Origin: a virus
Lineage: Duplodnaviria > Caudoviricetes
Virus record (IMG/VR): IMGVR_UViG_3300024346_000006
DNA length: 64,000 nt
Direction: 5' to 3' (one strand)
How positions within the stretch are numbered: position 1 is the stretch's first letter; each line of letters starts with the position of its first letter. This document shows, piece after piece, positions 46,426 through 54,769 of the stretch. Both the position numbers and the translations under genes were made by a program. The notes beneath the pieces were generated by a model. The model saw only the letters and a list, made by a program, of their open reading frames with translations. It made no database searches and was not told where the DNA came from.

Positions 46426-46761
46426 TTAAATATTTACACTAACACCACACCCACAAGAACTCTTTGCTTGTGGATTGTCTACTATTAACATACTACCAGC
46501 GAGACTTTCTTGATAGTCAATGGTACTACCTAATACATAGATTAAACTATGACTATCTACTACAAATACTTTACCATCTGATAATTCTATAATTTCATCG
46601 GAGTCTTTTATAGGTTCTTCACTTCCAAGTTTCCAAAAGTACTCAAAACCAGCACACCCACCACCTTGCAATCCAAACATTATGTAAGTTTCGTTGTTTT
46701 TATTTAAAATATTCAGTAGGTGTGTTTTGGCGTTATTGGTTATCGATAAGACTGTAGGCAT
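46426..46761 (-). CDS. iscA: A-type Fe-S carrier (IscA/HesB family)
   Basis: GGGCAGFEY, GSTIDY, NPQAKSSCGCGVS. Confidence 0.93.
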   Translation of the reverse strand: MPTVLSITNNAKTHLLNILNKNNETYIMFGLQGGGCAGFEYFWKLGSEEPIKDSDEIIELSDGKVFVVDSHSLIYVLGSTIDYQESLAGSMLIVDNPQAKSSCGCGVSVNI

Positions 46762-46805
46762 TTAATTATCATTTTTTTGTTTCCCCAATTTTTCAGTATA
46801 TAAAT

Positions 46806-47132
46806 TTATTTATGTTTATTTTTATGTGAATTCGATTTTAACTTGGCCTTTAATTTGTCCATTTCACTACTGGTGTTCTCTTTTTTGTCCCTCTTTTCCA
46901 CTTCGACAACTTGTTCCCGCCGTAAGGAATGAATATAGTCTGTCTCAGCGAGTCCTTTTCTAAGTTCCGCAGCTCTACGTTTAATATCTCCCGTTCTTTC
47001 TTGGAGTCTATATGCTGGTTCATTTTGTTGTTGCTCTAAATATTCCATCCCAATTTTCTGGGAGATCTTGCGTTGACATGTAATCACAACGTTCCATCCA
47101 CATATCGTAATATCCATCCATTTTACCATCAA
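46806..47132 (-). CDS. hypothetical basic coiled-coil protein (start probably MEYLEQ)
   Basis: 5' extension overlaps the cyclase 3' end. Confidence 0.5.
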   Translation of the reverse strand: MMVKWMDITICGWNVVITCQRKISQKIGMEYLEQQQNEPAYRLQERTGDIKRRAAELRKGLAETDYIHSLRREQVVEVEKRDKKENTSSEMDKLKAKLKSNSHKNKHK

Positions 47133-49062
47133 AGTGTCCTTTCAGTAACTCACACAGTTCTATGGCCTTGTCGAACTGTTTCTTTCTATAAAACTTTAAC
47201 ATATTTCTATGTACTAATTTATACTTTGACCAATCGGCCTTTTCCTCATCTAATACCGTGTATATTGGCAACCCGATACTTTTTCCCTTTACCGCAAGGT
47301 CGTCTAGTTTTAAATAAAAGAAATCACCTTTAGTTCTTCTATATGTTTCTGGGCCGATAATCAATAATACACCATATGCCTTACATTGTCCTTCTAAACG
47401 TGCCGTAGTAGACACCGAATCTCCAAGGACATCATAACTATATCTTTTAGACGAACCCATCTCTCCAATATAACCAACACCAGTATTAATACCAGCACCC
47501 ATACCAACTGGTGGTCTTCCATCGGCAACAAGTCTATCGTTAAACTTCTCAACCGCCTTTAACATCTCCAATCCTGTTCTTACAGATGTATGTGCATGTG
47601 ATTCGTCATCAATTGGTGCGTTGTGAATATGCATAGATGCATCACCAATATACTTAATTATCATTCCGTTATTTTTTAGTACTGGTTCTGTAATAGCATC
47701 CATATATCCGTTCATTATCTCAGTCAGTCCCTGCACATCATCACCAAAAGATTCTCCTAACGGAGTGAATCCTCTCAAATCAGAAAAACAGATACTGATA
47801 TCTCTTTTAGTACCTTTCTTTACAAGGTCTGGATTTTCTTGTAATATTTTAACCACTGCTGGCGAAGCATATCCCTCAAACTGTTTCTTAATAGCCTGTT
47901 TCTGTAAGAACTCATCTAAAAATTTTACAACATATCTACTAAGTCCAACCAATAGTAATATTGCAGAAATGGTTGCACCATCAATGAGTAGATTCTCTGT
48001 TCTAAATGCATATATTGATCCACCAACAAATCCTACTATTGATACAACATAAAATCCCAATCCTAGATATGTCCACTTTGATAATAATATAATAAGAAGT
48101 CCTGCAACCACTAATGCAGTAATTTCTCCCCACACCTTTGCGTCTGGATGTCTTATTATATTAGATTCGTTGAATACGGTTCCTAACATCGCCGCCTGTA
48201 TTTCGTGTGGCCATACTCCACCTTTTGCGGTAGAAATTGGTTGTGTGACTCCAGATGCACTAACTCCAACAAATACAACTGCACCGTCAAAACTATCTGG
48301 TAAATCCATAATACTTGCACTTCTATATTTCTGCGACCAATCAATCCAAACTTCTCCCAATTCATTTGTCTGAATGGGCCCATATTGTGGTATTCTAAGT
48401 TTATCTACCCCCAATGGTGATAACTTAATTTGGAATGATTTGTCACCAGCAAGTACTCTCAATACTTCCATTGTCAAACTAGGGTATAAGTCACCACCAG
48501 ATTCAAAAACTAATGGGGCCCTTCTTGTAACACCATCAATTTCTGGATAAGTATCGGTTATCCCTGAACCAAGTGCATAAGTTTCAAGTAATTTAATATT
48601 AGATGTGATGCCAGATACACTTGGAATGAGATGCATAAACTCAGGATTAATAATTCCAGCGCCAGGGTTAATCGGTTCATTTTTATTCTCCTCTGATCCT
48701 ATAATACTCAGAATGACTGGATATTCCATCATTACTCTTGATAGAACTTCATCCTTTTCAAATCTATCACTTTCACTCATAAGTACATTAAATACAACTA
48801 ATCCTGCACCTCTATCGTACAAATCTTTAATTATATCTGCGTATATGTTTCGTGGAAACGGCCATTGTCCATATTGATTGATAGTTGCATCATCAATATT
48901 AACCGCATAGATATTGTTTTCTTGGGTTGGTTGATTTACTATAAGACTATCGAAATATCTAAGTCTTAAACTTTCTAATAAATTTGGATTGGTATAGTAC
49001 CCATAAGTACACAAAAGAAGTATGATAATACTCCATATTGGGGATAACAAAAACTTTCTCAT
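47020..49062 (-). CDS. CHASE2-domain membrane adenylate/guanylate cyclase (class III)
   Basis: N-terminal TM; CHASE2 (VNIDDATI..YGQWPFPR, DGVTRR); three TMs; FSDLRGFT, IIKYIGDA, GINTG, YDVLGDSVSTTARLEG, VKGK. Confidence 0.93.
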   Translation of the reverse strand: MRKFLLSPIWSIIILLLCTYGYYTNPNLLESLRLRYFDSLIVNQPTQENNIYAVNIDDATINQYGQWPFPRNIYADIIKDLYDRGAGLVVFNVLMSESDRFEKDEVLSRVMMEYPVILSIIGSEENKNEPINPGAGIINPEFMHLIPSVSGITSNIKLLETYALGSGITDTYPEIDGVTRRAPLVFESGGDLYPSLTMEVLRVLAGDKSFQIKLSPLGVDKLRIPQYGPIQTNELGEVWIDWSQKYRSASIMDLPDSFDGAVVFVGVSASGVTQPISTAKGGVWPHEIQAAMLGTVFNESNIIRHPDAKVWGEITALVVAGLLIILLSKWTYLGLGFYVVSIVGFVGGSIYAFRTENLLIDGATISAILLLVGLSRYVVKFLDEFLQKQAIKKQFEGYASPAVVKILQENPDLVKKGTKRDISICFSDLRGFTPLGESFGDDVQGLTEIMNGYMDAITEPVLKNNGMIIKYIGDASMHIHNAPIDDESHAHTSVRTGLEMLKAVEKFNDRLVADGRPPVGMGAGINTGVGYIGEMGSSKRYSYDVLGDSVSTTARLEGQCKAYGVLLIIGPETYRRTKGDFFYLKLDDLAVKGKSIGLPIYTVLDEEKADWSKYKLVHRNMLKFYRKKQFDKAIELCELLKGHFDGKMDGYYDMWMERCDYMSTQDLPENWDGIFRATTK

Positions 49063-49069
49063 TTTTACC

Positions 49070-49753
49070 TCAATTGTTTCCGTCTACAGTTACCGAGCAT
49101 CCTGCCGAATTTGTACAATATCCTGTAATACTATAAGATCCAGTAGATGAATTTACATTTTGACTCAAGTTTAATGTATATGCACCACCAGAATTAGTTA
49201 AATCTATTGCAGCTGTTGCACTATGACTACCTCTTTGGTTTACATCGACTGTATGTCCATCACCTGTAAGTACAATATCTGCCCATTTCTGTCCGTCATT
49301 CCCTCTTTGATACAGGTCTACTGTGTTACTGTCGCCCTGTATCTCTACAAAACCATCATGTCCAGCCTTACCCATTTGTATATGTTCTACTGTATTACTA
49401 TCGCCATTTACTATATTTGCTAAGTGGTGTGCTGCGCCGCCTCCACCACCTCTATTGGTATCTGTTTGATAACTTCCAACTGTATTTCCATCACCTGTTA
49501 CAGTCCAATATGCCTCATGGCCGCCCGTTTCATCACCATCATATGTATTATCATCATGAATACCTTGACGTATAGTAATATCGTTATTTGGGCCTGTAGA
49601 ATTTAGATTGATATAATTGTTTTCACTGCGTTGTTGAATCTCCAAAGTAAGATTGTCACCACTTTGAGTAATGTAGATTTCATTACTACTGACTTTGGAC
49701 GATATCAATAGTGTTGCTACCAACACCAAGGCGGTAATCGTATATTGCCTCAT
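49070..49753 (-). CDS. secreted curlin-repeat-like protein 2
   Basis: Signal peptide; NEIYITQSGDNL; repeats GDGNTVGSYQ, GDSNTVEHIQ, GDSNTVDLYQ, GDGHTVDVNQ. Confidence 0.75.
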   Translation of the reverse strand: MRQYTITALVLVATLLISSKVSSNEIYITQSGDNLTLEIQQRSENNYINLNSTGPNNDITIRQGIHDDNTYDGDETGGHEAYWTVTGDGNTVGSYQTDTNRGGGGGAAHHLANIVNGDSNTVEHIQMGKAGHDGFVEIQGDSNTVDLYQRGNDGQKWADIVLTGDGHTVDVNQRGSHSATAAIDLTNSGGAYTLNLSQNVNSSTGSYSITGYCTNSAGCSVTVDGNN

Positions 49754-50810
49754 CTCCCTGCTCCATGTTTATTGTATAACCATTTTCTTGGTGCAATTTT
49801 AAATCTAATCTTTGAGTAACACCAGCATCTTCTCTTAGAATTCTCCACATAGGATTGATATCTTCAATAGTAATTCTTGTTGCTTCGTCATATCCATACA
49901 CCCTTTGTGCAAAAAATTCTTCATTCTGTGTATCTAACTCATCTCTAAACATCTCTGCAAGAGACAAGTTTAACTGATCCAACATATCATGTAATAGTTC
50001 TTGTAAATAATAATCTGAATCATGCAATTCTGTTACCCATATATTTTTTACATCTTCAGTTAATGCATCCTGATCCAAATCATCAAATTCTAGAAAGTCT
50101 ATGTCCAGAAAATCAAACATTTTTCTGGCCTTTCTCATAATTTCTTTTTCTTCTTCTTCGTATGGCGTCTTTTTTCTTAACATCAATAAATTATTAATAT
50201 CGCCTTCAGATATATCTAATAGAAGTGGTGGTAATGGTTTCGACCACATACTCTTTACAATAGTAGATTGAAACGCTTGAGTCATTATAACAAACCCTGT
50301 ATCAGTTTCAACTAAGATTTCACCTGTAACACACATACCACTTATATCACAACTTGGTAGTAGTGTAATCATACTACCACCAATTTCATCAACAACCATA
50401 ATAAAATCTGTACCCCTCACACTAATTTTTGCGCTAGGGGTTCTGATATTCACTCTCTGTCTACTATTTGTGGCAATTTTACCACTCGCATAACGAATAG
50501 TACCTAAAGTCGCCCTCAATCCAAGAGAACCAGTTCCACTATTAGGGTCATAAACAAAGTCATCTATTAATAATCTGGTGTGTTCTGTCAAGTCTACTCT
50601 AGTATCATCAATGAAATCTATTCGCATCTTACCACGTTCAGTGACTGCGACATCCATAGACTCAACACTAACACCATAATTACCAGTAATAACATTAGTA
50701 TCTCTTTCTAACACTCCACTTCCACTCAGGTCGGTTATAGTCCCAGCTGCACCATAGAGGTTGTGTGGAAAACATAACACTAAGAGTACTAAGAAGATGT
50801 ACTTAAGCAT
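49686..50810 (-). CDS. secreted FecR-domain protein
   Basis: Signal peptide; IDFIDDTRVDLTEHTRLLIDDFVYDP, IRTPSAKISVRGTDF. Confidence 0.85.
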   Translation of the reverse strand: MLKYIFLVLLVLCFPHNLYGAAGTITDLSGSGVLERDTNVITGNYGVSVESMDVAVTERGKMRIDFIDDTRVDLTEHTRLLIDDFVYDPNSGTGSLGLRATLGTIRYASGKIATNSRQRVNIRTPSAKISVRGTDFIMVVDEIGGSMITLLPSCDISGMCVTGEILVETDTGFVIMTQAFQSTIVKSMWSKPLPPLLLDISEGDINNLLMLRKKTPYEEEEKEIMRKARKMFDFLDIDFLEFDDLDQDALTEDVKNIWVTELHDSDYYLQELLHDMLDQLNLSLAEMFRDELDTQNEEFFAQRVYGYDEATRITIEDINPMWRILREDAGVTQRLDLKLHQENGYTINMEQGDEAIYDYRLGVGSNTIDIVQSQ

Positions 50811-51544
50811 CAGTCTTGTTGTGTTATATTAACGTCTGCACCATCACCAGAAAAAGTTGCGTCAATTAAATTATCATAGATTCCTGACTGTGATATTTTA
50901 TACATACCACCGCCACCAGTAATGTTTAGTGTGATACTGTGTCCGTTAATATCTCCGTTTCCAGTTTGATCTATATCAATGTAGTTTCCTGGCGCACTTG
51001 TAGAAAGTCCTGTAGTTCCATGCGTAAGTGTACCAGATGCAAGACTTGAAGAAGAATCAACTGTAACAGTGATATCTGCATTTGTTCCGTCTTGTATCAA
51101 ATCGATAACATTACCATCTCCAGTAACTGTGAAATCAGCGACTAAATTTTCTGCGTCATTATTCTCACCAATATACATTTGGAATTGATTATTATCACCA
51201 GTAGTAGTAATATCTAATGTAACTGTTTCGCAGTTAACACCCGAAGTAGTATCACAAGTTAAATCTACTGTATTTGTATCTCCAGTAAACACCCAAGTTC
51301 CTGTATAAGTATTACCCTTAATGATAGCATCAATTTCATTGAAGTTACCAGTTTGGGTGATACTAAAAGTCATAGTATCTCCTGTCAAGGTCATATCAGT
51401 AGTAGAATCGCCAATTTTATTATCTTGTCCATCTTGTACAATATCTAAGTCCAGATTATCGCCAGATTGTGTAATATAGATCTCATTAGCGTATGCTGGA
51501 ATACCGTACAAAAGTGCAAAAATTATTAGTATTTTTTTAAACAT
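50810..51544 (-). CDS. secreted curlin-repeat-like protein 1
   Basis: Signal peptide; NEIYITQSGDNL; repeats QTGNFNEI, TGDTNTVDL, TGDNNQFQM, TGDGNVIDLIQDG. Confidence 0.75.
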   Translation of the reverse strand: MFKKILIIFALLYGIPAYANEIYITQSGDNLDLDIVQDGQDNKIGDSTTDMTLTGDTMTFSITQTGNFNEIDAIIKGNTYTGTWVFTGDTNTVDLTCDTTSGVNCETVTLDITTTGDNNQFQMYIGENNDAENLVADFTVTGDGNVIDLIQDGTNADITVTVDSSSSLASGTLTHGTTGLSTSAPGNYIDIDQTGNGDINGHSITLNITGGGGMYKISQSGIYDNLIDATFSGDGADVNITQQD

Positions 51545-51545
51545 A

Positions 51546-52364
51546 TTATTCCTCTTGTTTTAGTTCCATTTTCCAGAGTTGTTTTTTTACTCCACCATAA
51601 ACTAACTCGATCACACCCTGTTCAATTGCCGCTCTGACAGCATAATTAACGGGTTCATTTGATGAAAAGCCGGTTTCAGTTTCTACGAGTTTTGTACCGA
51701 GGTCTAAAAATTTAAATACATCTGCACCACTTCTATAACTTGCAATTGTTTTATCCGTAGCAATACTCATTAACACCTTACCTGTACCAACACTTACTAG
51801 TCGCATAACAACAGTAACAGTATCTATTCTGTATTCTGTTTGTATGCCAACACCCAAGTATCTAGCACCGGCGCCGCCTGTCGCCGTATTTGAATCATAA
51901 CCAACCACTCCCCCTTCAAGGATAAGTCCTGCAAAAATCATAGGACTTAATGGTTCTGGGCCTCCTGGCTTGCTTTTATCATAAACATCCCTTGTCTGTC
52001 TAATCAATTGTCTTTCTTTTATTAAATTATCCATACCAACACGTTCTACAACATCAAACCATGTTCCATTACCCACATCTTGAAGTGCCTTTATAACCCA
52101 AACTTCTGATCCTTGAGTTACTGCAGAACTTAAACTTGCAATATTCGTTGCCGACTTTCTTTGTCCAGTCTTATCCAAAAACTGATAAACAGCGATTGTA
52201 ATTTTTGGGCCATCAATTGGTGGCACGGCCGCAAGACGTTCCTTAATTGGACTCTCTTGCAATTCTGGTGAAATATTAACATCCCGTAAAGTTTGAAGAC
52301 TCTTGTTGGTTGCACACCCAGATAACACTAAAAGAGAGAGTATTACAGGTATTAACTTTCTCAA
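51546..52364 (-). CDS. csgG: curli secretion pore CsgG (lipoprotein)
   Basis: Lipobox LSGC; IAVYQFLDKTGQRK, SSAVTQG, WFDVVER.GMDNLIKERQLIR, GGVVGYD.N..TGGAGARYLG, E.ETGFS.NEPV. Confidence 0.93.
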   Translation of the reverse strand: MRKLIPVILSLLVLSGCATNKSLQTLRDVNISPELQESPIKERLAAVPPIDGPKITIAVYQFLDKTGQRKSATNIASLSSAVTQGSEVWVIKALQDVGNGTWFDVVERVGMDNLIKERQLIRQTRDVYDKSKPGGPEPLSPMIFAGLILEGGVVGYDSNTATGGAGARYLGVGIQTEYRIDTVTVVMRLVSVGTGKVLMSIATDKTIASYRSGADVFKFLDLGTKLVETETGFSSNEPVNYAVRAAIEQGVIELVYGGVKKQLWKMELKQEE

Positions 52365-52822
52365 AAACCAAACTCCCCTGTTGGAATTGTTATTTCAGTA
52401 ATACTTCCATCTTCTTCAGTAACGCTTAATGTTATAGTGCCAGCAATCGGGTCTTTTATCCAAGTTATAGTAGAACCCTCAATAGTAGCAGTTCCAGTAT
52501 TAGAACATATATCTCCACAATCTGCAAACATTGCATCAACCATTTGTTTAGATAGTGTTGCATAAATTCTAGATTCGATGTTTCTTAAAAATTTGGCGAG
52601 AGTTGTATTTTCAAGTTCTCTTTCAATTCTTGCGGCCTCTGCTTCTGCTGATTTTCTCAAGTCTTCTTTTCTGTTATGTTGTAACTGTTCAACACTCAAA
52701 ACATGAGTGGAGTAACCATTTCCATAATGAAAGGCCGGATTCTTAAATCCCCATGTCAGTTCAGAAGCATATAGATTACTGCTCATCAATATTAAACTTA
52801 CAACTATCAGTATTCTGTTCAT
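52361..52822 (-). CDS. csgF: curli assembly protein CsgF
   Basis: Signal peptide then ASELTWGFKNPAF..GNG; FLRNIESRIYATLSKQM; overlaps csgG start. Confidence 0.8.
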   Translation of the reverse strand: MNRILIVVSLILMSSNLYASELTWGFKNPAFHYGNGYSTHVLSVEQLQHNRKEDLRKSAEAEAARIERELENTTLAKFLRNIESRIYATLSKQMVDAMFADCGDICSNTGTATIEGSTITWIKDPIAGTITLSVTEEDGSITEITIPTGEFGF

Positions 52823-52832
52823 GAGTTTTCCT

Positions 52833-53129
52833 CTAAGAATTTTCTTTTCGTTTTTTTATAATTTTTTCTACTTCTTCGTCAGTTGGGATAACAACTCCCT
52901 TCTGTTGTAAGATCATATTTAACTTTGTATTTAATCGAATTAAATCATTGTCTAGCATTCTAACCCTGTCGATCAATGCAATGAGAGTCATATGCGACTC
53001 CTCAATGACAGGATCTACCTCTTCTGTCACCCAATACCATATATAGTATATAAAATATCCTAACCCAAATGCGGCTATGATAGGAAATCCATATTGTCCT
53101 ATTAATGTTCCTAATTCAATACTGTCCAT
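52833..53129 (-). CDS. small membrane protein (TM plus coiled coil), paralog of 53513-53800
   Basis: YGFPIIAAFGLGYFIY...LIDRVRMLDNDLIRL. Confidence 0.7.
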   Translation of the reverse strand: MDSIELGTLIGQYGFPIIAAFGLGYFIYYIWYWVTEEVDPVIEESHMTLIALIDRVRMLDNDLIRLNTKLNMILQQKGVVIPTDEEVEKIIKKRKENS

Positions 53130-53130
53130 T

Positions 53131-53331
53131 TTAGTCTCTATTTACACCTTCATCACCAGAGATGTGACATAACCAACCATTTTCATTTACACGAAAAACA
53201 TCACCAGGCTTATAAAGGTAATTCTTTTTTTTATTTCCATCTGCTTCAAGCCCCATAACTTCACCTTCGTATTCACCACGAATTTTAAAGTTCTTTCCAG
53301 CCTGATCGATGATATAATCTAACCACATCAT
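53131..53331 (-). CDS. small hypothetical protein, similar to 53328-53513
   Basis: YKPGDVFRVNENGWL. Confidence 0.55.
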   Translation of the reverse strand: MMWLDYIIDQAGKNFKIRGEYEGEVMGLEADGNKKKNYLYKPGDVFRVNENGWLCHISGDEGVNRD

Positions 53332-53513
53332 GACGCAATATCCTCCGATACACTTCCAATTTTTTCAAAATAACCATTAGGGCCAACTTGATATAAATCG
53401 CCTATCTGTATCTTTACATCATCAATGACAAAAAATTTATCATCTGGGTTTTTTGCAGACGTAATTCTAAATCCATTTGCAAATTTCGTTAATAGTAAGT
53501 TTTTCCAAAGCAT
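53328..53513 (-). CDS. small hypothetical protein, similar to 53131-53331
   Basis: IQIGDLYQVGPNGYF. Confidence 0.55.
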   Translation of the reverse strand: MLWKNLLLTKFANGFRITSAKNPDDKFFVIDDVKIQIGDLYQVGPNGYFEKIGSVSEDIAS

Positions 53514-53800
53514 TAATCTTTCCTCGCATCTGTTTGTCCATCCGCTCTTGCAATTCTATTGAGGTCTGCAGGCAGTAATGGAATGTTAAATGATCTACAC
53601 ATTAGTATATCAATTCGCAAGAGTTCATTATTCATGGTCTTAACTCTATTATCTAAAGATTGCACAAATCCTCTCTGTGTTTTGATATTATCTAAAACAC
53701 CAGCCAGAATGAATTTTAATGTTAGGAAAACAAAAAAGCCGCCTGCAAGTGCAGAAGCGATGGGAAATCCAACGTCTGCTACTAACGATAAAAAGTCCAT
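53513..53800 (-). CDS. small membrane protein (TM plus coiled coil)
   Basis: VGFPIASALAGGFFVF...LDNRVKTMNNELLRI. Confidence 0.7.
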   Translation of the reverse strand: MDFLSLVADVGFPIASALAGGFFVFLTLKFILAGVLDNIKTQRGFVQSLDNRVKTMNNELLRIDILMCRSFNIPLLPADLNRIARADGQTDARKD

Positions 53801-53819
53801 ATAAAAATCCTCTCAACCC

Positions 53820-53827
53820 TATTTATG
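53820..53827 (-). promoter_or_regulatory. late-promoter variant CATAAATA upstream of the curli/cyclase operon
   Basis: One mismatch to TATAAATA, 20 nt upstream of the ATG, just after a terminator. Confidence 0.6.
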
Positions 53828-53847
53828 ATTTTGAGTCATTCTAGGCC

Positions 53848-53874
53848 AAAAAAAAGACAGTATAATACTGTCTT
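53848..53874 (-). terminator. intrinsic terminator
   Basis: AAGACAGTA-N3-TACTGTCTT followed by a U-run on the minus strand. Confidence 0.7.
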
Positions 53875-54071
53875 ATGTAACATTTGTCAGATTTACATCA
53901 GGATATATACCATACTACCAAAGATGCAAGAACAATCCACAAAGAATACTGCAGTCCAAACTTGATGAACCCAAACATAATACTAAGAAATATTCCTATA
54001 GAAACACCAACTACTGCAAGTATTGTTATTATGTCCATCGCTAGTTGTAAATTGCTTCCCATCATAAAAAT

Positions 54072-54464
54072 TCATGTCCTAGTAATTAATTCAACAAGAT
54101 TTAAAGCAACAGAAGTGCCAGATATAGAACTTCCTATCATGATCGCTCTGTCACCCCATTGCATTCCTACTACAACCCATCCTATACTTGCAATCACATA
54201 TAGAATTTGTCCTATCATTTCAAAACCAGAGCTCAATGAAAAAATACCCAAAACTGCAAAGATAGTAGACATCCATTTAATATACCAGTCAAATGTACCG
54301 ACTGGTGTTGTTGGAGTAAGGTCGTCTACTTCACTTTGTAGTTGGGCAAGTTCTTCTTTAAGTCGTTTGCGCTCTTGAGAAAGTTCCATGGCGATTTTTC
54401 CTGCCTTGGACATTTGACTATTTTCAAACTTTTGCTTAATTTTTGGGTCTAAATCATCATCCAT
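54072..54464 (-). CDS. membrane protein with N-terminal coiled coil
   Basis: DWYIKWMSTIFAVLGI...ASIGWVVVG..WGDRAIMI. Confidence 0.65.
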   Translation of the reverse strand: MDDDLDPKIKQKFENSQMSKAGKIAMELSQERKRLKEELAQLQSEVDDLTPTTPVGTFDWYIKWMSTIFAVLGIFSLSSGFEMIGQILYVIASIGWVVVGMQWGDRAIMIGSSISGTSVALNLVELITRT

Positions 54465-54474
54465 AAAAAATATT

Positions 54475-54750
54475 TCACTTTTCTAGTTTATCGATTCTTT
54501 TTTCTAACTCATCAATCTTACCAGTCATTTTAGGATATCTTTTTCGCCATGCATCTGGTGGTTCTTGCAACCAAACAATACCCCATCTCTCTGCAAGATA
54601 TGCCATAAAAGTATCAAACTTGGCGTATCCCCATAGTCCCATGCGAGTATCTTTAAACCACATTAAAAATGCGGCACCAAAAAGACTTCCTGCAATACCT
54701 GTATAAATCCACAACCTATCGGTTGCCATCCTCTCTATCATTTCCCACAT
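54475..54750 (-). CDS. hypothetical membrane protein
   Basis: WIYTGIAGSLFGAAFL...WRKRYPK. Confidence 0.6.
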   Translation of the reverse strand: MWEMIERMATDRLWIYTGIAGSLFGAAFLMWFKDTRMGLWGYAKFDTFMAYLAERWGIVWLQEPPDAWRKRYPKMTGKIDELEKRIDKLEK

Positions 54751-54769
54751 TGTTATTTTCCAGTATCCT

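Noticed and set aside
53884-54378. 164-aa plus-strand ORF
   Set aside because: Antisense to hydrophobic membrane-protein genes; Ile/Thr/Pro-biased shadow composition
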